Source: Spirochaetia bacterium
GTDB lineage: Bacteria; Spirochaetota; Spirochaetia; CADAEX01
Reading direction: 5' to 3'
Assembly (NCBI GenBank): GCA_963668545.1
Contig: OY764868.1
Location: forward strand, 3,312,578 to 3,376,577
DNA: 64,000 bases
Shown here: positions 38,636 to 48,058 of the stretch, one piece after another
Position numbering within the stretch: the stretch's first letter is position 1
Layout of the letters: every line of letters begins with the position of its first letter
Made by a program: the position numbers and the translations under genes
Notes under the pieces: generated by a model
The model's database searches: none
What the model saw: only the letters and a program-made list of their open reading frames with translations
Told to the model about the DNA's origin: nothing

Positions 38636-39832
38636 TTAGTTTGTTTTTGGAAGTTTTGAAGCTACATTGTCCGCATAATACATAATTGACATAAGATGCG
38701 GGATATCTGCTCTCTCCCCTTCCGGAACCTGAAGATTTCCTTCATTGTCATATACTGGGCCGTCATAGGGATCGAATTCTTCAGGTGATTTGTCCATCTG
38801 CTCAAGTCTTTTTTCAACAAGATCAAGAATTGATATTTCGCCGAAATCCCTGCTGTTGGTTTTAATCCCTGCAAGGTCATCAACAAACTTGCTGTTGATT
38901 TTTTCTTCAAAATTTCCTCCCAGGGCAACAGCTTTCTTGTTATAGAGCCAGAGAAGGTCTTTGTTCCATTTCCCGTCATAAAGGTCCTTGAGAATCTTGT
39001 CATACATTACACCCCAGTCTGCAAGCTGGCCTGATACAACGCTGTCCTCACCATACTGCTGCATAGGGCTGTAGTGGCTGAATGTATAAATCTGGTTTCC
39101 TTTTTCTGTATGTTCCTGGCCGACTTCAATTACTGCAGGAGTGTCTTCTGTAAAAGCAAGAGCATCGCAGCCCTCTGCAATAAGAGCTTCAGCAGCCTCT
39201 CTTGCCTTGTCAGGTCCGTACCATGCATATGTCCATTTTACATATACTTTGGCATCCGGGTTAACTTCTTTAATACCAATTGAAAAAGCATCTATATGTC
39301 TGAAAAGTTCTGGAATGGGGAAAGCAGCAACATATCCGATTTTATTGCTTTTAGTAAGTGCTCCGGCCATAAGTCCGTTGAGGTAATACATCTGATAAAG
39401 GTCTCCGAAATATGTACCTACATTTTCAGACTGTTTAAATCCCGAGCAGTGCATGAATTTTGTATCAGGGTATTTCTCGCCGGCGGCTACAGTATCATCC
39501 ATATACCCGAAACTTGTTGTAAATACTATATCTGCCTTTTCTTCCTGGACAAGCCTGTCAATAATTCTTGAGCTGTCGGATTCTGCAACACTTTCCACAT
39601 ATACTGTATCAAGCCATGGATATTTCTTTTCAACAAACTCTTTTCCCACATGATGGGCATGTGACCATCCGTAGTCACCAACAGGTCCTACATATACAAA
39701 ACCTGCCTTGATTCTTTTTTCTTCTGCAGCTGCTGATCCTTTATCCTCTTTTTTGCAGGAAGTTACAGCCAATACACTAAATGCAATTATCATGATTAAC
39801 ACTGTTTTAGATAATGCTTTCCCGAATTTCAT
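38636..39832 (-). CDS. BMP-family (PnrA-like) ABC transporter substrate-binding lipoprotein, probable nucleoside receptor
   Basis: Lipobox LAVTSC. GFVYVGPVGDYGWSHAH and later blocks match basic-membrane-protein/PnrA-type SBPs. Confidence 0.8.
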   Translation of the reverse strand: MKFGKALSKTVLIMIIAFSVLAVTSCKKEDKGSAAAEEKRIKAGFVYVGPVGDYGWSHAHHVGKEFVEKKYPWLDTVYVESVAESDSSRIIDRLVQEEKADIVFTTSFGYMDDTVAAGEKYPDTKFMHCSGFKQSENVGTYFGDLYQMYYLNGLMAGALTKSNKIGYVAAFPIPELFRHIDAFSIGIKEVNPDAKVYVKWTYAWYGPDKAREAAEALIAEGCDALAFTEDTPAVIEVGQEHTEKGNQIYTFSHYSPMQQYGEDSVVSGQLADWGVMYDKILKDLYDGKWNKDLLWLYNKKAVALGGNFEEKINSKFVDDLAGIKTNSRDFGEISILDLVEKRLEQMDKSPEEFDPYDGPVYDNEGNLQVPEGERADIPHLMSIMYYADNVASKLPKTN

Positions 39833-40003
39833 ATGACATTTCTCCTTTAATGATTATAAATCAAACTAAAATGAGTAGTCACTTTTGTCAATAGATATCG
39901 GGGATTCTTTGCCGGTCCGGAATTTTCAGTGAGGTTTATTCCGGAAAAAGATGATGATGCGGAGTATCATGAAGCAGTTGGAATACAGCAATCCCGCTTA
40001 ATT

Positions 40004-41944
40004 TCATTCATCAGAGGAAACAGTGATACCTCCGAAAATATTTTCCCCCTCCCAGTCATATCCTGCAAAGGCGGAAAAAACTACAGAGGTAAGTCCTATA
40101 AACGAAACATCAAAGTCAAGTGCCAGCCCTGTTGAAATCCCGTCTTTTTCTCTCCTGAAATAATCACAGAAAGCTGAAGCTTCAATATCCTTGATAATAA
40201 GTATCTCTCCGAGAGATATTTCAGAATCAGCAAAAAAGGAGAGATTGTTATTGGTAACAATTATCCTGTCAAAATACCCGTCAACACAGCTTCCCCTGAG
40301 GCCGTCGTTCCTGTAAAGTTCAAGTGTGTCGCTGCTGTCAAGAGGCATTCTGAGGACGCCCTTCTGTCTCATTCCCAAATGATCGGAAAACATGATTTTC
40401 AGGTTGTCCCGGAATCCCATCCCGGAAGAAGACAAATCAGATTCAAATCCCTCCCCCTCACTGAACCAGAATCCTGAAAAATAATAACGGTCCCCGGAGA
40501 GCCTGAGATCAAGCCCGGATCTCAGCATTGATTTGTCTATGGCAAAGGAACTGTCAAACTCTGTTTCAATTGCAGTAAAAGGAATCAGGGCTGTCTGCAT
40601 TGATGCTAAAAGGCTGAAATCAGCCCTCCCGTAATAGTAGGAATAATCATATTCCCACTCATTCCAGTTGAAAAGCATCCTGTTTTTCAGTCTTAGAAAA
40701 TCAAGGAACAGAAAGTTGAATCGGTTGTCAATCCCTGAATCAGCTCCTCCCCAGTATTCACTGACAGAAGCCTCAACGCTTCTGTATTCAAATTTCTGTT
40801 TCAGATTAAGATAGTTGAGATTATTAAGGTAGTAATCATCTGCAGTACCGCTGTACATTTTGAAACCTGTGGAAAAAGAGAGATCAGGATCTTTTCTGGG
40901 AATTATCTCTGTTCTGGCATACCTTTTCCTGCTTTCTGAATAGCGCTCTTCAACGACCTTTCTCTCCGCAGTAAGATTTTCAATCATTTTCATATTGCGG
41001 TTTTCAGCAAGATTTCTCCTGTCTTCATCAGAAAGAGTATCTAGCGCAATCTCTGCCGATTCATATCCCCGCTCTGAAATCTGATCCATTTTCTGAAAAG
41101 ACATGAATGAAAAATTCTCCACATCGCACCTTATAAGGAGAGGTTTCATTGTTTTAAGCTGGTACACCCCCTTTCGGGTTTTACCTATATCAAAAGCCCT
41201 GTTAATGACTGATGTAAAGCTTCTGAAACTGCTTTCAAGGTCATAAAGAGCTGTAGAGACAATAATCCTGTCTGTATATTTTACAGCTCCGTCAACAGGA
41301 ACAAGGTTTGTGACACCCCCGTCTATAAGCTTCATTCCCTTATAATCAACAGGGGGGAAACTGAAAGGCATTGAAATACTTCCCTGGAGAATCTTATAAA
41401 AATCCCCCTCCATAAATACAACCTGCCGCCTTGAGACAAGGTCTTCGGAAATTATGGCAACAGGTATTCCTAGGTCCCTGATATCAAGATCGCCGAGTAT
41501 ATCATAAAGAACAGACATAAACTTTCCGGAATCAAGAACACCGCCGTCAAGAGGCATCCTGATCTGAAAAAGATCTTTAGTATCATAATCCATCATCAGC
41601 TGCTTAATCATATCGGGAGATACTCCCGCGGCATAGAGTAGAGCAACAACAGAGCCCATTGAATTTGCCACTATGAAATCAGGATATATATTTTCAGATT
41701 CCAGTTTTTTAAGGACCCCGATATGGGCAAAAGCCCTTGCCGCTCCACCTGAAAAAACAAGACCCAGAGGAGACTCTTCAGAACTCCGGCTGTTTATCCT
41801 TTCGAGGAACCTTTCCTCCCCGTAATAAACAGGGATGTCAGTAAGACTGAGGTCTCCGTTCAGTGTTGTATAATCAAACCCTTCCGAAAATACAAAACTT
41901 CCAGATTTAAAAATGATGAGTATAAATAATGTAATTTTTTTCAT
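40004..41944 (-). CDS. Patatin-like phospholipase with C-terminal beta-barrel-like (PlpD/Omp85-like) domain, secreted
   Basis: Signal peptide. Oxyanion motif SGGAARAF, nucleophile elbow ANSMGS (AxSxG variant) and a DGG Asp motif (LIDGGVTNL). A roughly 300-aa C-terminus of alternating amphipathic strands. The ATG sits 5 nt after the deoB stop. Confidence 0.65.
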   Translation of the reverse strand: MKKITLFILIIFKSGSFVFSEGFDYTTLNGDLSLTDIPVYYGEERFLERINSRSSEESPLGLVFSGGAARAFAHIGVLKKLESENIYPDFIVANSMGSVVALLYAAGVSPDMIKQLMMDYDTKDLFQIRMPLDGGVLDSGKFMSVLYDILGDLDIRDLGIPVAIISEDLVSRRQVVFMEGDFYKILQGSISMPFSFPPVDYKGMKLIDGGVTNLVPVDGAVKYTDRIIVSTALYDLESSFRSFTSVINRAFDIGKTRKGVYQLKTMKPLLIRCDVENFSFMSFQKMDQISERGYESAEIALDTLSDEDRRNLAENRNMKMIENLTAERKVVEERYSESRKRYARTEIIPRKDPDLSFSTGFKMYSGTADDYYLNNLNYLNLKQKFEYRSVEASVSEYWGGADSGIDNRFNFLFLDFLRLKNRMLFNWNEWEYDYSYYYGRADFSLLASMQTALIPFTAIETEFDSSFAIDKSMLRSGLDLRLSGDRYYFSGFWFSEGEGFESDLSSSGMGFRDNLKIMFSDHLGMRQKGVLRMPLDSSDTLELYRNDGLRGSCVDGYFDRIIVTNNNLSFFADSEISLGEILIIKDIEASAFCDYFRREKDGISTGLALDFDVSFIGLTSVVFSAFAGYDWEGENIFGGITVSSDE

Positions 41945-41949
41945 AAAAA

Positions 41950-43152
41950 CTAAATCAGAGAACATCCTGCCGGCAGGTTATCCGCATTATAGAGTTTCAT
42001 AACAGTTGCAGCTATGTCGGCAAAAGTGTCTCGTATTCCCCCGTTGTTCTTTTCGATACTGCTGTTATTACTGTCTGTAACTCCTTTCCTGTATAAAAGC
42101 ACAGGAACATGTTCACGTGTATGATCAGTTCCCCGGAATGAGGGATCACAGCCGTGATCTGCAGTAATTATAAGCACATCATTGTCTGAAAGGAGAGAAA
42201 CAATTTCATCTATCCTGCTGTCAATATCAGAAACAGCATTGTAATAGCCTTCGATATCTCTCCTGTGTCCGTACTTCATATCTGTATCAACAAGATTGAC
42301 AAAAATCAACCTGTCATTGTCTTCCCTGTTTCTTAAAAGGTCAAGTGTTCTTTCAATGCAGAGGGGATTGCCTTTATCATGGTAGCTTTCATCAATCCCC
42401 TGTTCATTGAAAATATCACCTATTTTTCCCACAGCAACTGTTTTAACATTATTCTCAGAGAGATAATCAAGCACTGTTTTACCTGGAAGAGGTATGCTGA
42501 AATCGCGTCTCCTGTCAGTCCTGGTAAAACCGTCCCTGCTGTTCCCTGTGAAAGGACGGGCAATGACTCTACCCACCATGTACCTGTCGCAGATCTTCCT
42601 GGTTTTTTCACACATCCCATAAAGCTCTTCAACAGGGATAACATCTTCATGGGCGGCAATCTGAAAAACAGAGTCTGAAGAGGTATAAACAATGGGGTAT
42701 CCTGTTTTCATATGCTCATCCCCCAGTTCCTGAATAATCTGCGTTCCTGAGGCTGCCCTGTTTCCCAGAAATCCAGGGCAGACATCCTTTTTAAAGCTTT
42801 CAGTAAGCTCTTCAGGAAAAGACGGGCTTTCAGGGGGGAATGTCCGGAAAGGTTTATCAAGGATTATTCCTGCAATTTCCCAGTGACCGGTAGTTGTGTC
42901 CTTGCCGGGAGATTTTTCTTCGGCAACAGCAAACACAGCTGAAGGGTCAGCAACAGGCCCGCAGCCGGGAAGAATGTTCCCCAGAAGTTCTGAAGCATTC
43001 CCTAGCCCCATTTTCCTTAAAGCAGGCCACTTTTCCCCTTCAATATTTTCACATATATGAAGAGCTGTATTGGCTCCTCTGTCACCGTACTGTCCCGCAT
43101 CCGGGAGTTCTCCTATTCCGAAACTGTCTATAACAATAATTACTGTATCCAT
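41950..43152 (-). CDS. deoB: Phosphopentomutase
   Basis: N-terminal VIIVIDSFGIGELPDA and the overall alkaline-phosphatase-like fold of DeoB. 400 aa. Confidence 0.9.
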   Translation of the reverse strand: MDTVIIVIDSFGIGELPDAGQYGDRGANTALHICENIEGEKWPALRKMGLGNASELLGNILPGCGPVADPSAVFAVAEEKSPGKDTTTGHWEIAGIILDKPFRTFPPESPSFPEELTESFKKDVCPGFLGNRAASGTQIIQELGDEHMKTGYPIVYTSSDSVFQIAAHEDVIPVEELYGMCEKTRKICDRYMVGRVIARPFTGNSRDGFTRTDRRRDFSIPLPGKTVLDYLSENNVKTVAVGKIGDIFNEQGIDESYHDKGNPLCIERTLDLLRNREDNDRLIFVNLVDTDMKYGHRRDIEGYYNAVSDIDSRIDEIVSLLSDNDVLIITADHGCDPSFRGTDHTREHVPVLLYRKGVTDSNNSSIEKNNGGIRDTFADIAATVMKLYNADNLPAGCSLI

Positions 43153-43225
43153 TCTGCCCCCCCAAGACGGGTTTTAATTTTTTTCTTCTATAAATAATAT
43201 AATCAGCGGTTCAGGCGGAGTCAGA

Positions 43226-44533
43226 TTATTCATCAAGAATAGTATATATAAGGGGGAGCTCATCCGGCTGATCCTCTCCGATTCTGTATGCATCCAGAAA
43301 TCTCTTCACAGCATCATTCAGGTTTGTCCTGTCATTGACATGAAAATCAGCTATTGTATCGCCCTTTTCGACATACTCACCCAGCCGTTTCTTAAGCCAT
43401 ATCCCCACAGAGTGATCAATTTCATCCTCTTTCCTTACCCGGCCTGCTCCGAGAAGCATTGCTGAATATCCCACCTCAGGAGTAATTATCTCTTCTATAT
43501 AACCGCTCTTTTCCGCCCTTACAGGGATTACCCCCGAGGCTGATGGTATAAGTGAAACATTGTTTACAATATCAGGATTTCCACCCTGGGCTTCTATCAT
43601 CTGCGCAAGCTTTACAAGAGCCTTGCCGGATGAAAGGGCTTCTTCAAGCTTCTCAACAGCACCGCTTTCTGTTTCGCAGATACCTGATGCCATCAGCATC
43701 CTTGATGCAAGTGTAAAAGCCACAACCTTAAGGTCGGATTCGTACTGCCCCTGAAGGATTTCTACAGCTTCCCTTACTTCAAGAGTATTGCCGACACTGA
43801 ATCCCAGCGGCTGGTTCATATCTGTTACAACAGCAATAGTCTTTCTCCCCGCAAGCTTTCCGATATCAACCATTGATTCAGCCAGCCTTATGGAATCGCT
43901 TATCCTGTTCATAAAAGCGCCGTTTCCGGTTTTTATATCCAGTACAATAGCATCACTTCCGGATGCTATTTTTTTACTCATAATACTTGATGCAATCAAC
44001 GAGATATTGTCGATAGTCCCTGTTACATCCCGGAGCGCATAAAGTTTCTTGTCTGCAGGTACAAGATTATCTGTCTGGCCGATAACAGAAAGCCCTATTT
44101 CAGAAACAGTTTTTATGAATTTCTCCATAGACTGGTTTACGGAAAATCCGGGAATAGACTCAAGCTTATCAAGGGTCCCCCCTGTATGGCCAAGTCCCCG
44201 CCCTGACATTTTAGCGACCTTTCCGCCGCATGCTGCAACAAGCGGGGCAACTACCAGTGTGGTGCCGTCACTCACCCCGCCTGTTGAGTGCTTGTCAACC
44301 TTTACCCCTTCAATTGCGGAAAGATCAACCAGGTCTCCTGACTCTGCCATTGCAATTGTCAGGTCGGCAGTCTCCTGCCTGTCCATTCCGCTGAACCATA
44401 TTGCCATGAGAAGGGCAGACACCTGATAGTCGGGAATTGATCCGTCCACATAACTGTTTATAAAGTATTTTATCTCATCACCGGCAAGCGCCTGTCCATG
44501 TTTCTTTTTATTAATCAAATCTGTTATAAGCAT
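43226..44533 (-). CDS. deoA: Pyrimidine-nucleoside (thymidine) phosphorylase
   Basis: Canonical N-terminus (DLINKKKHGQALAGDEIKYFINSYVDGSIPDYQVSALLMAIWFSGM), the KHSTGGVSD glycosyl-site motif and the C-terminal domain. Confidence 0.9.
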   Translation of the reverse strand: MLITDLINKKKHGQALAGDEIKYFINSYVDGSIPDYQVSALLMAIWFSGMDRQETADLTIAMAESGDLVDLSAIEGVKVDKHSTGGVSDGTTLVVAPLVAACGGKVAKMSGRGLGHTGGTLDKLESIPGFSVNQSMEKFIKTVSEIGLSVIGQTDNLVPADKKLYALRDVTGTIDNISLIASSIMSKKIASGSDAIVLDIKTGNGAFMNRISDSIRLAESMVDIGKLAGRKTIAVVTDMNQPLGFSVGNTLEVREAVEILQGQYESDLKVVAFTLASRMLMASGICETESGAVEKLEEALSSGKALVKLAQMIEAQGGNPDIVNNVSLIPSASGVIPVRAEKSGYIEEIITPEVGYSAMLLGAGRVRKEDEIDHSVGIWLKKRLGEYVEKGDTIADFHVNDRTNLNDAVKRFLDAYRIGEDQPDELPLIYTILDE

Positions 44534-44635
44534 ACAGTAATTCTAAAACCAAAAAGAGAGTATTTCAACTGTTGTTTTCAGGAGGACAGATAATAGCGGG
44601 CTGTTAAGCAGAAAGTATAATTTTGAAGAATTTTT

Positions 44636-45469
44636 TCAGCTTATACAGCTTACATATTCCGAAGCAGTTACACCGTAAATTCGTTTAAAATGCCTGTTCA
44701 GGTGAGTAAGGTCTGTAAAATCAAGTTCAGCGACAGCTGAATAAACATCCCTGTACATGTCGAGAATATCACGGGCCTTTTCTATTTTACTGTTGATATA
44801 ATACTGGTAGGGGGAAAGTCCTGTGCCGGATTTGAATGCTCTTATAAACTGGTATTTAGACATTCCGAATTCAGCAGATATATAATCAAGCTTAAGAACT
44901 CTGGAAAGAGAACTGTTAATAATATCTTTTGACTTTTTTATCAGATAATCATCAGGACTGCACTTGCTGCTTAATAAAGGGCTTGAAAAATTATTCATAA
45001 GATTAACAAGGGATTCACTGCACAAAGCGTCTTCCTGTTCATATATAACAGCACTTGTAAAATCAAGAATATTATTAAGTAATTTGCGGTTATGAATTAT
45101 CGGTTCCGGGAATTTAATCATCTCTCTGGCTTCGATAAGATCAAGAAATTTATCCGGCTTGATATACACCATAACATAATCAAGTCTGTTTCTCTCCCAT
45201 GACCAGCCGTCATGCATTTCCTCAGGATTAAAAAACATTATACAGTTACTGGTTGAAGATTGAAAACTACCGGAAAGGTTGTAGTTCTGGACTCCCTTCA
45301 ACGTAACTCCGAAAGCATATTCCAAATGGCAATGCTTTTTATATTTAAAATCATTGAAACTTGCGGAGAGGACAGTAATATCATCAAATTTTCTGTAGAT
45401 AAATTTATCCAGAAAAATACCCCTTAATAAAATCAACTGCTCCTGAAACAGCAACTGCAGAATAAGCAA
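44636..45469 (-). CDS. AraC-family transcriptional regulator (cupin-like N-domain)
   Basis: C-terminal AraC HTH pair (SRVLKLDYISAEFGMSKYQFIRAFK and TDLTHLNRHFKRIYGVTASEY). The listed start is a TTG at 45469 and the true start is uncertain. Confidence 0.7.
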   Translation of the reverse strand: MLILQLLFQEQLILLRGIFLDKFIYRKFDDITVLSASFNDFKYKKHCHLEYAFGVTLKGVQNYNLSGSFQSSTSNCIMFFNPEEMHDGWSWERNRLDYVMVYIKPDKFLDLIEAREMIKFPEPIIHNRKLLNNILDFTSAVIYEQEDALCSESLVNLMNNFSSPLLSSKCSPDDYLIKKSKDIINSSLSRVLKLDYISAEFGMSKYQFIRAFKSGTGLSPYQYYINSKIEKARDILDMYRDVYSAVAELDFTDLTHLNRHFKRIYGVTASEYVSCIS

Positions 45470-45773
45470 GAAACAGAGCCATAATGCGGTTTAATATTGT
45501 TCTGTATTTTATCATGATTTTCCTGAATACTGAACCGAAGACAACCCACAGCATGCAGGAAACAAAACCTATAGAAGTTACTGCTGCGGCAAAGAAAAGC
45601 TGTACTGATGCAGATAAAAAAATAAGAGATGCAAATGCAGCAGTAACTCCTAAAACAAATTCAATTCCCTTTTTTGTTCCGAAGTTATTGACTGTTGAGA
45701 GTATCATAACAACAGCCGGTCCCGGTGTTGCTGTTACAATAAAACAGTAAAGAATAAATGATAAAATATCCAT
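45405..45773 (-). pseudogene. LysE/RhtB-family exporter, N-terminal half only (truncated remnant)
   Basis: MDILSFILYCFIVTATPGPAVVMILSTVNNFGTKKGIEFVLGVTAAFASLIF is a typical LysE N-terminus. The ORF stops after about 122 aa, where about 205 is expected, and overlaps the AraC 5' end. No C-terminal half in any frame downstream. Confidence 0.45.
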
Positions 45774-45909
45774 CCTGCCTTTTCCCCTCATCCTAAAAGA
45801 TATTTTCTTCTGAAATAAAAACTACTCCGTATAAACAGGAGTTGAATAGTACATTATTGCATCATATTTAATCCTTTACTAATCCTGTAAAATCTCTTAA
45901 TTTTTAAAT

Positions 45910-46608
45910 ATGTATTCAGAAAACAAAAAGATGCTTTTTCATGCTTTCAAGGCAACAATACCGGTTATGTTCGGCTATATCCCCATAGGTATTGCATACG
46001 GATTTCTCCTGGTAAAAACCGGTCTGGACTGGTACTGGGCCCCGTTGATGTGCATTTTTGTGTTTGCAGGGGCGGCACAGTTCCTTGCGCTGACACTGTT
46101 CGCCCAGCAGAAAAGCGCTCTTGAAATGGCTCTCGCTGTTTTTCTGATGAATTCCCGCCATATGGTATACGGCTTTTCCCTTATAGAACGTTTTTCGGTT
46201 TTTAGATGGGCAAAACCCTACCTTATATACGGTCTTACTGACGAGACATACGCACTTCTGACAACTGTAAAGCCGCCTGAAGGATGCAGCCATGAAAGGT
46301 TCGACTTCTGGATAACCCTCTTCAACCAGTCATACTGGACACTTGGAAGCACAATAGGTGCACTGCTGGGATCTGTCATCATGTGGGATGCTCCCGGACT
46401 GGAATTCGCACTTACAGCACTTTTTGTTGTACTTCTGGTCGAGCAGGTAAAGACATTGAAGCAGCCCGGTCCTTTTCTTGCAGGAGCTGCAGGGGTCATC
46501 ATTTTCACGCTGGCCGGCCTTGCAGAACAGGCACTTACAGGAGGGATTGTTATAGGGGCAGCATCATGCTTCCTTATGGTCAGAAAGGGGGAAACAGTAA
46601 ATGAATAG
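45910..46608 (+). CDS. azlC: AzlC-family branched-chain amino acid exporter subunit
   Basis: GYIPIGIAYGFL...APLMCIFVFAGAAQFLAL is the AzlC signature. 232 aa, multi-TM. Confidence 0.8.
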   Translation: MYSENKKMLFHAFKATIPVMFGYIPIGIAYGFLLVKTGLDWYWAPLMCIFVFAGAAQFLALTLFAQQKSALEMALAVFLMNSRHMVYGFSLIERFSVFRWAKPYLIYGLTDETYALLTTVKPPEGCSHERFDFWITLFNQSYWTLGSTIGALLGSVIMWDAPGLEFALTALFVVLLVEQVKTLKQPGPFLAGAAGVIIFTLAGLAEQALTGGIVIGAASCFLMVRKGETVNE

Positions 46609-46918
46609 GATTTTAACCGCTGCAGTTGCAATGGGACTTGTAACTCTTTTCACGAGGGCTTTCCCTTTTCTTCTCTTTTCCGGGAAACAGCCCCCTGAGA
46701 AATTCATTAAGGGTGCAAGGCTTATCCCGGGGGCAGTAATGGCAGTTCTTGTTATGACAAGCCTTCCACTCAGTCTGAAGACAGCTGACAGCTCATTTTT
46801 ATTTCCGTGGATCTGTGCAGCCTCAGTTGTCGCTGTTCATCTGAAATTCAGGAATGCACTTTTAAGCATATTCTCAGGGACAGCAGTTTATATGTCTCTT
46901 CTCCATTTTTTCGGATAA
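46601..46918 (+). CDS. azlD: AzlD-family branched-chain amino acid transport protein
   Basis: 105 aa, 3-4 TM helices. Overlaps the azlC stop by 8 nt, the canonical azlCD arrangement. Confidence 0.7.
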   Translation: MNRILTAAVAMGLVTLFTRAFPFLLFSGKQPPEKFIKGARLIPGAVMAVLVMTSLPLSLKTADSSFLFPWICAASVVAVHLKFRNALLSIFSGTAVYMSLLHFFG

Positions 46919-46967
46919 ATGACTTATGGGACCAACCGAAGGCTACCCGCAGGGTGTAGAGGTTCCC

Positions 46968-47708
46968 TTATTTGTATTTATCAAGTATTTCCTGCAACGC
47001 CCCGTTTTTCTTCATTATATCTATTTCATAGTTGAAAAACCGGACGAATTCATACCATCTTCTGTTAAAGGCTATACCCAGCTCAGCACTGTCGACAGGT
47101 CTGCCTGATCTGTAGAATTTGGTTTCAAACAGATCGCTGCATCTCTTCAGAAGATGATTATATACATACTCATTTACAACAGCAGCATCAACTCTTCCCC
47201 TCTGTAGTTTCAGAAGGCTCTGATACTCACTAAGTGCATCATCCCTGATAATTTCACCGGATTCAAAAAACAGATCAAGGTCCCTGTACCTGTACCCAAG
47301 CCTTGTTCCTATCCTGAAACCGAAGAGATCTTCAGGTCTGTTATATTCAAGAAAGGAGTCTTTGGGAGAATACAGATAATCTCGGTTGACAGTAATTGAA
47401 TCAGTCCATAAAAAACTTTCATGCTGCTTCAGATAGCTTCTGGATGATGCGTATGCATCTATTTCTCCGTCATATAAGGCAATCTCAGCCCTCTTGCGTG
47501 GAAGTACCCGGTAAACCACCCTGATATCCTGTTTGGCAGCTATCAGCTCCAGAAGGTCCACCATGATACCGGCAGCATTTCCCTCCTCATCTGCAAAAGC
47601 ATGGGGTGATATCTCAGAAGGGGGATCAAGCTGCATTACAATCACTGTTTCTGCAAAGGAAAGATTAATAATATTGACAAAAAAGAATATAAGAATTTTT
47701 CTGTTCAT
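46968..47708 (-). CDS. Periplasmic solute-binding protein, family 3 (orphan)
   Basis: Signal peptide MNRKILIFFFVNIINLSFA plus an SBP_bac_3-like fold (two lobes, DAAV/GxVDA motifs). No adjacent permease or ATPase. Confidence 0.55.
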   Translation of the reverse strand: MNRKILIFFFVNIINLSFAETVIVMQLDPPSEISPHAFADEEGNAAGIMVDLLELIAAKQDIRVVYRVLPRKRAEIALYDGEIDAYASSRSYLKQHESFLWTDSITVNRDYLYSPKDSFLEYNRPEDLFGFRIGTRLGYRYRDLDLFFESGEIIRDDALSEYQSLLKLQRGRVDAAVVNEYVYNHLLKRCSDLFETKFYRSGRPVDSAELGIAFNRRWYEFVRFFNYEIDIMKKNGALQEILDKYK

Positions 47709-48058
47709 AGTTTATTGCCGGAACAGATTATTATAACCCGGAAAACGGATGTATTATTAAAAAAAATTTATTATTTCACCTTGCCTGATGACCTGAATGC
47801 GGGGCAGTTTTTTCCTGTATTTCTCAGAACAACTACTGAAGGAAGTTCCCTGCTCTTAATATTGAAGACAGAGCAGGAGCGGGGGAATCTCTTATCCCAG
47901 GTCACCCTGAAATATACACATTTTAAACAATCCGGTGGATGATTATTCTCAGCCATATAAGTCATGATAACAGATAAGGAGAGCTCTAAAAACCATATTT
48001 TTAAAGAAATCAATCCTTGATTATATCTTGATGATACTTCAGAATAGCATCACAAATT

